Positions 19,363 to 27,483 of a stretch of 32,000 bases of DNA are shown here, piece after piece. The stretch covers positions 5,550,001-5,582,000 of the forward strand of contig NZ_LN831039.1 in NCBI RefSeq assembly GCF_001457595.1. Reading direction: 5' to 3'. This DNA comes from Mycolicibacterium smegmatis. Its GTDB lineage: Bacteria > Actinomycetota > Actinomycetes > Mycobacteriales > Mycobacteriaceae. The position numbers and the translations under genes are program-made. The first letter of the stretch is position 1; each line of letters starts with the position of its first letter. The notes under the pieces were generated by a model. That model did not search any database and was not told the origin of the DNA. It saw nothing but the letters and a program-made list of their open reading frames with translations.

Positions 19363-19381
19363 TTTTCCGTATTGCGGAAAA
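19363..19381. promoter_or_regulatory. inverted repeat upstream of hyi-glxR-gcl, putative IclR operator
   Basis: TTTTCCG-TATTG-CGGAAAA, about 24-42 nt upstream of the hyi start; shares the TTCC-N7-GGAA core with the palindrome at 15694-15708. Confidence 0.68.
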
Positions 19382-19524
19382 CTAGTTTCGTTATGAGGAA
19401 CAGTGAACAGGCTCACACAGCGTCATGTCAACAGTTTTCCGGCACGAAAACGCCCGTCCCGGTTCGGAATTTGGAGTACGGGCGTACTGAGGAGACCGCC
19501 GATGACGCGCCCCACATAGCGCCT

Positions 19525-19551
19525 CTAGCACTTGAGGCGGTAGAGTGCTAA
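19525..19551 (+). promoter_or_regulatory. CIRCE element (HrcA operator)
   Basis: CTAGCACTT-N9(GAGGCGGTA)-GAGTGCTAA versus consensus TTAGCACTC-N9-GAGTGCTAA: right arm perfect, left arm 7/9, exact N9 spacer, 28 nt upstream of the FmdB-like start codon. Confidence 0.88.
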
Positions 19552-19579
19552 CTAGTTTGATCGACTCGGAGGTTTTCGC

Positions 19580-19900
19580 GTGCCTACCTATTCCTATGCG
19601 TGCACCGAATGTGACAATCGGTTCGACGCGGTTCAGGCTTTCAGCGATGACGCGCTGACCACGTGCCCGAAGTGCTCGGGCCGCCTGCGCAAGCTCTTCG
19701 GTTCCGTCGGTGTGGTCTTCAAGGGCAGCGGTTTCTACCGCACGGACAATCGCAGCGACTCCGGCAAGAGTTCCTCCAACGGATCGTCGTCCAAGTCTTC
19801 CGAGAATTCGTCGTCCTCGGGATCGTCGTCGAGCTCGTCCGACAGCTCCTCGTCGAGCTCTTCGAGCAGCGCCGCACCGGCCGCTGCCGCCTCCAGCTAG
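19580..19900 (+). CDS. ruc: FmdB-family zinc-ribbon protein with Ser-rich disordered tail; Ruc (Rv0991c)-like redox-regulated chaperone
   Basis: MPTYSYACTECDNRFDAVQAFSDDALTTCPKCSGRLRKLFGSVGVVFKGSGFYRTDNRSDSGKSS...: two CxxC knuckles, FmdB core, low-complexity Ser/Ala tail, CIRCE upstream. Confidence 0.85.
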   Translation: MPTYSYACTECDNRFDAVQAFSDDALTTCPKCSGRLRKLFGSVGVVFKGSGFYRTDNRSDSGKSSSNGSSSKSSENSSSSGSSSSSSDSSSSSSSSSAAPAAAASS

Positions 19901-19978
19901 ACGCTGCCGCCGGCCTGGTTATCCACAGGCCGGCTTTTTGCGGTCATCACCACGGGCGAAGCCGCTTACCGTGACGGC

Positions 19979-20629
19979 ATGGCCGAATTCCTCAACCCCA
20001 CGGCGTGGCATCGGCTGACCGCCGCCATGCGCCCGGACTGGACGCGAACCGTGGCCGCGCGCCGTGCGGCCGCTGCCGGTCTGGTGCTGCTCGCGGCCGT
20101 CGCCGCGGTGCGTTCCGATCCCCGCGGAGACCACGTCGACGTCGCTGTCGCCGCGCGCGATCTGGTGCCGGGAACCGCGCTCACCGCCGAGGATGTCCGG
20201 CTCGAAAGCCGCAGTGCCTCAACTTTGCCCGATGGGGCACAGAGCGACGTGGGCGCCATCGTCGGCGCGACGCTCGCCGGTCCGATGCGTCGCGGCGAAG
20301 TCCTCACCGACGTGCGGGTCATCGGGTCGCGCCTGGCCGACCTGGCCGTGGGACCCGACGCGCGGATCGTGCCGCTGTCCCTCGGGGACGCGGCGTTGCT
20401 GGATGTCATTCGCGCCGGTGACGTCGTCGATGTCCTGACGACGCACGACGAGGAGGCGAAGAGCGCCACACCACGGCTGATCGCCAGCGACGCCGTGGTG
20501 GTGCTGGTATCGCAGAAACCCAAAGGGGCGGGCCAAGATCGGGTGGCGCTGGTGGCGTTGCCCGCACGGTCAGCGCATGAGGTTGCCGCAGCCAGCCTGA
20601 CGCAGGCCGTGACGCTGACGATTCACTGA
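19979..20629 (+). CDS. SAF-domain (CpaB/RcpC-like) membrane-anchored protein, Rv0990c-like
   Basis: MAEFLNPTAWHRLTAAMRPDWTRTVAARRAAAAGLVLLAAVAAVRSDPRGDHVDVAVAARDLVPGTALTAEDVRLESR...: TM segment then SAF-like repeat typical of CpaB N-termini. Confidence 0.75.
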   Translation: MAEFLNPTAWHRLTAAMRPDWTRTVAARRAAAAGLVLLAAVAAVRSDPRGDHVDVAVAARDLVPGTALTAEDVRLESRSASTLPDGAQSDVGAIVGATLAGPMRRGEVLTDVRVIGSRLADLAVGPDARIVPLSLGDAALLDVIRAGDVVDVLTTHDEEAKSATPRLIASDAVVVLVSQKPKGAGQDRVALVALPARSAHEVAAASLTQAVTLTIH

Positions 20630-20829
20630 CCCTGCTTGGCGTCCTCCAATGCGTCGAGCACCATGTCGGTCAACTCGTCGACCGTCGAGGTGGCCGAAGA
20701 CCCCGGAGCGGGGGTCGGCGTCGGCACCGGTTCGGCTGCCGCCACCGCGGCCGACACACCTACGGCCACCACGGCGAGTCCCACACCGGCCAAAACACCC
20801 GAAACCGCACGACCGATCCGTCGGTTCAT
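20623..20829 (-). CDS. small secreted/membrane hypothetical protein
   Basis: MNRRIGRAVSGVLAGVGLAVVAVGVSAAVAAAEPVPTPTPAPGSSATSTVDELTDMVLDALEDAKQGQ: signal-peptide-like N-terminus, Pro/Ala/Thr linker. Confidence 0.6.
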   Translation of the reverse strand: MNRRIGRAVSGVLAGVGLAVVAVGVSAAVAAAEPVPTPTPAPGSSATSTVDELTDMVLDALEDAKQGQ

Positions 20830-20974
20830 GTCTCTCCATTTCGATGCGATTGCCGCGCAAGCGGTCTGATTCTCGGCGAAGACGCTAACAGGCGAATACC
20901 ACAGGCGCATGCTGGACGGGGTTAGGGTTTGCCTATCCGACCAACGGAACCGTTACTGCAGGAAGGGTCCCCGC

Positions 20975-21445
20975 ATGTTGAAGGGCTTCAAGGAGTTCCT
21001 CTCCCGAGGCAACGTCATCGATCTCGCAGTTGCTGTGGTCATCGGCGCTGCCTTCACCGGCCTGGTCACCGCGTTCACGGAAAAGGTCATCCAGCCACTC
21101 ATCGACCGCATCGGCGCGGGCGGCGAACGCGAATACGGCATCCTCAAGATCCCGCTCGGTGGCGACCCGGAGCAGTTCGTCGACCTCAATGCCGTGCTGT
21201 CGGCGGCGATCAACTTCCTGATCGTCGCGGCGGTGCTGTACTTCGTGATCATGCTGCCCTACAAGAAGCTGCGTGAGCGCGGCGAGGTCGAGCAGGCGCA
21301 GGACACCGAGCTGAGCATCCTGACCGAGATCCGGGATCTGTTGGCGGAGAACAGCAATGGTTCCACAGGGAAGCACGTCAGCGGCCCAGGCACCGGCCCC
21401 AGCCCCGACACCGCCACCTACACCAGCGGCGACCGCACCTCCTGA
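20975..21445 (+). CDS. mscL: large-conductance mechanosensitive channel MscL
   Basis: [50 protein letters not shown]: canonical MscL. Confidence 0.97.
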   Translation: MLKGFKEFLSRGNVIDLAVAVVIGAAFTGLVTAFTEKVIQPLIDRIGAGGEREYGILKIPLGGDPEQFVDLNAVLSAAINFLIVAAVLYFVIMLPYKKLRERGEVEQAQDTELSILTEIRDLLAENSNGSTGKHVSGPGTGPSPDTATYTSGDRTS

Positions 21446-21476
21446 GTCACCTCTGAAAAACCGAAGACAGAAACAG

Positions 21477-21506
21477 AGCAGCCCCCGGAGAAATCCGGGG
21501 GCTGCT
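21477..21506. terminator. bidirectional-type hairpin between convergent mscL and mspC
   Basis: AGCAGCCCCCGGA-GAAA-TCCGGGGGCTGCT, perfect 13-bp stem, followed on the + strand by TTTG. Confidence 0.85.
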
Positions 21507-21523
21507 TTGTCGCCTGCAAGGCG

Positions 21524-22171
21524 TCAGTTCATGTTCCAGGGTTCGCCGTAGGTGGTGACCGAGTCACCGGTCGAGGCGATCAGGCGGGCGAACGGACGCA
21601 GCAGCACACCGCCGGCCGCACCGGTGACGGTGCCGTGCGCGTTGGAGACCGCTACTCCGCCTGCGGGACCCGAGACGTCGACCGAGAACGTCGCGACTTC
21701 CTGGATGCCGGGGCCGTTGCCCAGGTCGGCCGAGATCGACACACCGGGGAACAGGTTCGGGGTGATGACCGACTCGAGGCCGAAGGGCGGACCGGTGATG
21801 TCACCGTCGTCGATCAGGATGTTCGGGGTGGTGTAGCTGAAGTTGATGCCCACACCCAGCGACCACGGGAAGCCGATCTGGTAGCCGAGTTCCAGCGTGC
21901 CCTCGAACTCATCGGCACCGGGGCCGGCCACGATGTACTTCGCGCGACCGGAGTGGAACCACTCACGGGTCAGACGGTTGCGGTCCAGGGGGAACACACC
22001 ATTGAGGAACGTATCCCACTGCTGCACGGTGAGGGTGCGGTCCTGACCATCGACAAGGCTGAGCTCATTGTCGAGACCCGCGTGAGAGGTGCCCGCGCTC
22101 ACGAACAACCCCGCGACGGCCGCAGCCAACGCGGAAATCATCGCGATCAGCACCCGACTGATTGCCTTCAT
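21524..22171 (-). CDS. mspC: MspA-family outer membrane porin, MspC-like (215 aa)
   Basis: Signal peptide then GLDNELSLVDGQDRTLTVQQWDTFLNGVFPLDRNRLTREWFHSGRAKYIVAGPGADEFEGTLELGYQIGFPWSLGVGINFSYTTPNILIDDGDITGPPFGLESVITPNLFPGVSISADLGNGPGIQEVATFSVDVSGPAGG...: nearly identical to MspA as remembered. Confidence 0.93.
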   Translation of the reverse strand: MKAISRVLIAMISALAAAVAGLFVSAGTSHAGLDNELSLVDGQDRTLTVQQWDTFLNGVFPLDRNRLTREWFHSGRAKYIVAGPGADEFEGTLELGYQIGFPWSLGVGINFSYTTPNILIDDGDITGPPFGLESVITPNLFPGVSISADLGNGPGIQEVATFSVDVSGPAGGVAVSNAHGTVTGAAGGVLLRPFARLIASTGDSVTTYGEPWNMN

Positions 22172-22563
22172 GTTCTCCCTAGCTATGTCGCCGGCGGCCC
22201 CTCGGGTCCACCGATGTTGTGGTGTAGGTGCCCGGCCCGACTACGACCGTCCACCCGGCAAGACCGTCATGTGGCGCGAATTAAAAGCTCCACACTCTGT
22301 TCTTACGTTCTGCTCATCGTTGACACGAGGAACATAACGGGGAGGCCACGGACCGGCAACGCAGGGGGACAAAGGCGCGTTCATGTCGCCTCGCCCGTGC
22401 GGACTTTGCTAATCGGGAGTGCTCAAATGAGCGGAGGGGGTGCCGAGAATGAGCGTCGGCGGGTCGGCAATGCCGCGACGCGCCTCACGGCGACACAGGA
22501 CGCGACCCGCGCCTGATGCGACGATGCCGATTTCTGGCACGCATTACCCAAAGGTGTCGCAGG

Positions 22564-22722
22564 TCACTCGTGGTGCGGCGGAACGTTCTGACGCAGCCAG
22601 CGATCGTGCTCGTTCTCGTCTTCTGGCGAAGCCGTGTCACGTTCGTCGGGCGCGATTTCGGGCAGCGCTTCGCCGAAGATCTTGTTAACTGTGTGACGGT
22701 TGGGCTTGTCCGGTTTTCCCAT
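22564..22722 (-). CDS. 52-aa charged hypothetical protein (below the ORF-track cutoff)
   Basis: MGKPDKPNRHTVNKIFGEALPEIAPDERDTASPEDENEHDRWLRQNVPPHHE*; purine-rich RBS (AAAGAGG) upstream on the minus strand. Confidence 0.65.
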   Translation of the reverse strand: MGKPDKPNRHTVNKIFGEALPEIAPDERDTASPEDENEHDRWLRQNVPPHHE

Positions 22723-22850
22723 TGCGATACCTCTTTGTGATGAAGATCACACTCCAGCGTAGCGCCTGCCGCCCCGGAGGTTAACCTGCTGGTAACCCTT
22801 CCGGCGGCGGCTCGACGCACGTCTGGTGATCTTCGCCAAACATACGAAAA

Positions 22851-22869
22851 CGGCGGCCGATGGCCGCCG
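22851..22869 (-). terminator. intrinsic terminator after moaB2
   Basis: CGGCGGCC-GAT-GGCCGCCG perfect 8-bp stem; minus-strand downstream sequence TTTTCG. Confidence 0.75.
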
Positions 22870-22881
22870 AGTTCGTTGTCG

Positions 22882-23376
22882 TTAGATCTCCAAGCTTGAT
22901 AGCTGTCCGATGATCTGCACGGCCAGCGGACCCAGCGTGGCCATACCGTCGCGCACTGCTGCGCGCGATCCGGCAATGTTCACCACCAGGGTGCTGCCCG
23001 AGATTCCGGCCAGTCCACGCGACAGTCCGGCATCGACGATGCCCGCCGCGAGACCCGACGCGCGCAGTGCCTCCGAGATCCCGAGGAGCTCACGATCCAG
23101 CAACTCTCGGGTCGCCTCGGGCGTGACGTCGCGAGGTGTGACCCCGGTACCGCCCACCGACACCACCAGATCGACGCCGCCGATCACCGCGGTGTTCAAC
23201 GCGTTGCGGATCTCGACCTCGTCGGATGCCACGACCACAACGCCGTCGACCACGAACCCGGCCTCACCCAGCAGTTCGGTGACCAACGGGCCGCTGTGGT
23301 CCTCTTCGCCGTGAGCCGTGCGATCGTCGACGACGATCACGAGGGCCCGGCCGACCAACTCCCCTGGCTGTTCCAT
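22882..23376 (-). CDS. moaB2: MoaB/Mog-family molybdopterin adenylyltransferase-like protein
   Basis: MEQPGELVGRALVIVVDDRTAHGEEDHSGPLVTELLGEAGFVVDGVVVVASDEVEIRNALNTAV...DLVVSVGGTGVTPRDVTPEAT: GGTGxTPRDxTPEA motif. Alternative GTG start at 23472. Confidence 0.92.
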   Translation of the reverse strand: MEQPGELVGRALVIVVDDRTAHGEEDHSGPLVTELLGEAGFVVDGVVVVASDEVEIRNALNTAVIGGVDLVVSVGGTGVTPRDVTPEATRELLDRELLGISEALRASGLAAGIVDAGLSRGLAGISGSTLVVNIAGSRAAVRDGMATLGPLAVQIIGQLSSLEI

Positions 23377-23468
23377 GTCTGCAACCGTATATGTGCTCGG
23401 CGACAGCGGTGCGGCCACTGTCAGGGTCACCGGCCCGCGGGTGGCGGTCAGCGTTCCCGTCGGCGGCC

Positions 23469-24803
23469 TCACTGCTCGGCCTTCCCCAGCGTGACGTCCA
23501 CGGTCTGCGGCTTGCCTGCCTGGTCGAGGTAGGTCAGCGTGACCTTCTCACCGGGAGCCTTGGACCGCACGGCCGCCACGAGCGCGTCGGCGCTGCCGAT
23601 CACGCGGTCGTCGACCTTGGTGACCACGACACCGCTGGGCAGGCCGGCCGCCGCGGCGGCACCGCCGTCGTTGACCTCGACGATCTTCGCGCCGTCACTG
23701 CTCCTGTCGTTGGCCACCTGCACACCCAGCGACGCGTGCGAGGCGACACCGTTCTGGATCAGTTCGTCGGCGATGCGCTTGGCCTGGTCCACCGGAATCG
23801 CGAAGCCGAGGCCGATCGACCCGCTCTGGGCGTTGGGCGAATCGCCGCCCATGGTCGCGATCGCCGAGTTGATGCCGACCAGTTCGCCGTTCATGTTGAC
23901 CAGTGCGCCACCGGAGTTGCCCGGGTTGATCGCGGCGTCGGTCTGGATGGCGTCGAGCACGGTGTTCTGGTTACGGGTGTCACCGCCTGCGGCCACGGGC
24001 CGGTTGAGCGCGCTGACGATGCCGGTGGTGACGGTGCCCTCGAGGCCAAGCGGGGACCCGATGGCGACGACGTCCTGGCCGACGCGCAGGTTCGCCGACG
24101 AGCCCAGCGTGATCGGGGTCAGTCCGGACACGTCCTGCGCCCGCACCACGGCGATGTCGCTGCTGGGGTCGGTGCCGACGACCGTGAACGGCCGTGTGGT
24201 GCCGTCCGCGAAGGTCACCTTGGTCTGGGCGGCCGGTCCCGGACCGTCGCCCTTCGCGGCCGCGACGACGTGGTTGTTGGTGAGGATGAGCCCGTCGGCG
24301 GTCAGGATGATGCCCGAGCCCTCTTCCGACGCGCGGCCCAGATCCGTCTCGAGCTTGACCACACTCGGCACCACCTTGGCCGCGACCTGCTCGACGCTGC
24401 CTGCGGGCAGCGCGGCCGCGGGCACGGTCGGTGCCGCACCGATGGCCGGGGAGCCCAACTGCGGGCTCTCGTTGTGCACGAGCGTCGCGACGCCGCCGCC
24501 GATGCCCGCCGAAACCACCGCCACCGCAAGGGCGCCCGCGGCCAGCCCGGCCCTGGAGCGCTTCTTCGCGGGGATCGCGACGGGCTGCGCGGTGCTGGGC
24601 GCGCGATAGGGGTCATACGCCGGGCGGAAGCCCGGCTGGGTCTGATGCGTCTGAGGCGACTGGGGCGCCTGCTGGACCTGCTGGGCGTAACGCCAGTCGT
24701 ACTGGGACGTCTGCTGATACGGGTCGGGGCGCCCACCCGGGTAACCGGGCGTGGCGCCGGTGCGGGGGTCCGGCTGCTGTGAGTACCTCGGGTGGTTGGT
24801 CAT
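23469..24803 (-). CDS. pepD: HtrA-like S1C serine protease with PDZ domain
   Basis: Cytoplasmic tail, one TM, protease core (TNNHVV..., DIAV..., GNSGGALVN) and C-terminal PDZ; next to mprB. Confidence 0.94.
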   Translation of the reverse strand: MTNHPRYSQQPDPRTGATPGYPGGRPDPYQQTSQYDWRYAQQVQQAPQSPQTHQTQPGFRPAYDPYRAPSTAQPVAIPAKKRSRAGLAAGALAVAVVSAGIGGGVATLVHNESPQLGSPAIGAAPTVPAAALPAGSVEQVAAKVVPSVVKLETDLGRASEEGSGIILTADGLILTNNHVVAAAKGDGPGPAAQTKVTFADGTTRPFTVVGTDPSSDIAVVRAQDVSGLTPITLGSSANLRVGQDVVAIGSPLGLEGTVTTGIVSALNRPVAAGGDTRNQNTVLDAIQTDAAINPGNSGGALVNMNGELVGINSAIATMGGDSPNAQSGSIGLGFAIPVDQAKRIADELIQNGVASHASLGVQVANDRSSDGAKIVEVNDGGAAAAAGLPSGVVVTKVDDRVIGSADALVAAVRSKAPGEKVTLTYLDQAGKPQTVDVTLGKAEQ

Positions 24804-24907
24804 TTCGCTGCGGTGCTCTTCTCTTCTAAAGGGTCCTGCTGTTGTTGCGGCTGCGGCACTTCTACTTCAACCAACGAAGCTGCTGCGTAACAGGTTGCAT
24901 AGCTGGG

Positions 24908-24925
24908 CTGAGAATCCACTTAGAG
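24908..24925 (-). promoter_or_regulatory. candidate MprA box upstream of pepD
   Basis: Minus strand CTCTAAG-tgga-TTCTCAG: imperfect direct repeat with 11-bp periodicity, matching the one before mprA. Confidence 0.5.
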
Positions 24926-24976
24926 ATCATTCGGACCCGTCCATGAGTTGCCCCCCGGCGCTGTTGCCTGCCTCAC

Positions 24977-26455
24977 CTATTCGGTGGCGACAGTATGCCC
25001 GCCCCGGTCGTCGACGAACCCCTCGGCGGAGCGTGTCGCACCCGGATCGGGGATCCGCTGGCCGGGCAGCAGCATGTGGACCGAGGCGCCCGGCGGGTTG
25101 CCGCCGGGGACCGTCTCGTCGATGCGAAGCGCGCCACCGTGTTTCAGGACCACCTGCTGCACGATCGCCAGGCCCAGACCGGATCCGGGCATCGCACGCG
25201 CCGCGTCGGAGCGGTAGAACCGCTCGAACACCAGGCGCCGCTCCTCCGGCGGGATGCCGGGTCCCTGGTCGGAGACGACGATTTCGGCATGCATGTGGTC
25301 GACCTGATGCAGCCGGACGCCCACGCGTCCGCCCGGCGGACTCCACTTCGCGGCGTTGTCGAGCAGGTTGAGCACCGCGCGGCCCAGACCCTGTGCATCG
25401 CCGAACACCTGCCAGCCGATGACGTCGACATCGAACTCGATGTCGTTGCGGCGGCGGCGGACCCGTTCGAGGCTGCGGTCGATGACGTCGGCCATGTCGA
25501 CGGGCTCGGGCGTGATGCCGCCCGCGTCCTCGCGGGTGAGGTCCACGAGATCGCCCACGAGCGTGGACAACTCCTCGATCTGGGCGATCACGTCGGCGCG
25601 CAGCCCGGCCATCTCGTCCTCGGGCAGCGGCGGTGCACCGGGTTCCTGCGCGGCCATCAGCAGTTCGACGTTGGTGCGCAGCGAGGTCAGCGGCGTGCGC
25701 AGTTCGTGTCCCGCGTCGGAGACCAGCCGGGCCTGGCGTTCGCGGGATTCGGCCAGCGCCCGCAACATCATGTTGAACGCCTCGGTGAGGCGCGCGAGCT
25801 CGTCGCTGCCGACCACCGGGATGGGTCGTAGGTCGTCGGTGCGGGCCACCCGTTCGGCGGCCTCGGTGAGTCTGCCGACGGGACGCAGCCCCGCTCTGGC
25901 GACGGCCCCACCGGCGATGGCGGCCACGGCGACGCCGATACCGCCGACGATCAGCAGCACCGTGCCGAGCCGTCTGAGCACTTGGACGGTCGGCGCGAGG
26001 CTCTTGGAGATCAGCAGTGAACTGCCGTTGGCCAGATGCACCGCGAGCACCCGCTGATGATTGGCCGTGCGCAGTGACATGAGCAGTTCGCCGGAGATGA
26101 CGTCTTTCTCCGGTTCTCCCAGCGGCAGCGTCTGACCCTGCTGGTTGGCGGTGTAGATCGACCGGCCCGGGATCACCAGCATCGCGTTGACGTCCGAGTA
26201 GGCGGTGCCCTCGATGGCCTTGCCCGGATCGGCGGCCAGCGACCCGCTCTCGATGAGCAGCCGGGCCCGGCTGTGCAGCTGGTTGTCGAGGTCGTCGTAG
26301 AGCGCGCGCGAGACGACGGCGTACACCGCGACGGCCATCAGCACCACCACGAGCGCCACCATCGACATCGCGAGCATCATCACGCGCCAGCGCAAGGACA
26401 GTGAGCTGGTGGGGAGCGGGCCCGTGGGCCGCCAGGAGTTCGGAGGAAAGGCCAT
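24977..26455 (-). CDS. mprB: sensor histidine kinase MprB
   Basis: MAFPPNSWRPTGPLPTSSLSLRWRVMMLAMSMVALVVVLMAVAVYAVVSRALYDDLDNQLHSRARLL...; HAMP, VSDAGHELRTPLTSLRTN H-box, N/G boxes. The listed ORF extends to 26497. Confidence 0.93.
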   Translation of the reverse strand: MAFPPNSWRPTGPLPTSSLSLRWRVMMLAMSMVALVVVLMAVAVYAVVSRALYDDLDNQLHSRARLLIESGSLAADPGKAIEGTAYSDVNAMLVIPGRSIYTANQQGQTLPLGEPEKDVISGELLMSLRTANHQRVLAVHLANGSSLLISKSLAPTVQVLRRLGTVLLIVGGIGVAVAAIAGGAVARAGLRPVGRLTEAAERVARTDDLRPIPVVGSDELARLTEAFNMMLRALAESRERQARLVSDAGHELRTPLTSLRTNVELLMAAQEPGAPPLPEDEMAGLRADVIAQIEELSTLVGDLVDLTREDAGGITPEPVDMADVIDRSLERVRRRRNDIEFDVDVIGWQVFGDAQGLGRAVLNLLDNAAKWSPPGGRVGVRLHQVDHMHAEIVVSDQGPGIPPEERRLVFERFYRSDAARAMPGSGLGLAIVQQVVLKHGGALRIDETVPGGNPPGASVHMLLPGQRIPDPGATRSAEGFVDDRGGHTVATE

Positions 26456-26459
26456 CTCG

Positions 26460-27152
26460 CTACGGAGGCGTTTCCCGCAGCACGTAGCCGACGCCACGCA
26501 CGGTGTGGATCAGCCGCGGCTCGCCTTCTGCCTCGGTCTTGCGGCGCAGATATCCGATGTAGACCTCAAGGGCGTTGCCCGAGGTCGGGAAATCGAATCC
26601 CCACACCTCTTCCAGGATGCGGCTGCGGGTCAGCACACGCCGCGGGTTGGCGATGAGCATCTCCAGCAGCGAGAACTCGGTGCGCGTCAGGCTGATCTGC
26701 CGTCCGCCGCGCGTGACCTCGCGGGTCACCGGGTCGAGCGTCAGATCGGAGAACGTCATCTTCTGCGAGTCGCCACTGTCGTCGGAGACCGTGCGGCGCA
26801 GCAGGGCGCGCATCCGCGCCAGCAGTTCCTCGAGTGCGAACGGCTTGGGCAGGTAGTCATCGGCGCCCGCGTCCAGGCCGGCGACGCGCTCGGACACCGA
26901 GTCGCGCGCGGTGAGCACCAGGATCGGCAGGTCGTCGCCCGTGCTGCGAAGCTGCCTGCAGACCTCGAGGCCGTCGAGCCTGGGCATCATGACGTCGAGG
27001 ATCAGGGCGTCCGGCCGGTTGTTGGTGATCGCGTCGAGAGCCTCGACCCCGTCCTGGGCGAGTTCGACCGAATAACCATTGAAGGAAAGCGACCGGCGCA
27101 GGGATTCGCGCACAGCGCGATCGTCGTCAACGACAAGTATGCGCACAGCCAC
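26460..27152 (-). CDS. mprA: response regulator MprA (OmpR family)
   Basis: [69 protein letters not shown]...: receiver and winged-helix domains. Confidence 0.95.
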
Positions 27153-27168
27153 AGTTTTGACTCACTAT

Positions 27169-27186
27169 CTGAGAGAGGGCTGAGAG
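27169..27186 (-). promoter_or_regulatory. candidate MprA box (autoregulatory)
   Basis: Minus strand CTCTCAG-ccct-CTCTCAG: perfect 7-nt direct repeat, 11-bp periodicity, 17 nt upstream of the mprA start. Confidence 0.65.
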
Positions 27187-27262
27187 GCGCGCCGCAAATT
27201 CACCCTGTGTCTGTCGTAATCTGCCGCACATCTCTGCGATGAGACCTGACCCGGAGCACACG

Positions 27263-27294
27263 AAAAAGCGCTATCACAAGTGATAGCGCTTTTT
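27263..27294. terminator. bidirectional intrinsic terminator between rpmF and mprA
   Basis: AAAAAGCGCTATCAC-AA-GTGATAGCGCTTTTT, perfect 15-bp inverted repeat including A/T tails. Confidence 0.92.
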
Positions 27295-27309
27295 GTGGTG
27301 TTGCGCGTT

Positions 27310-27483
27310 TCAGCGCTTGTCGAGGTCGACCAGACCCAGACGCGCGGCCTTGAGCAGGCGGCGCGGGACCTTGCGCTGCTGGCCGGCGACGCTCACGGTC
27401 ACCAGACCGGGGGCCTCGGCCTTCCACTGCGCGCGCCGGCTACGGGTGTTCGCGCGCGACATTCTGCGCTTGGGCACAGCCAT
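27310..27483 (-). CDS. rpmF: 50S ribosomal protein L32
   Basis: [57 protein letters not shown], 57 aa. Confidence 0.95.

Noticed and set aside
19740-19898. repetitive tcg/agc tracts considered as a tandem repeat or CRISPR-like element
   Set aside because: They are Ser codons (TCG/TCC/AGC) of the low-complexity tail of the FmdB-like protein, with no regular spacer structure.
22172-22560. possible riboswitch in the long mspC upstream region
   Set aside because: No recognised aptamer pattern or convincing terminator/antiterminator pair could be seen by eye; it could simply be a long promoter/leader.
23391-24782. 463-aa plus-strand ORF
   Set aside because: Antisense to pepD; composition typical of a shadow ORF.
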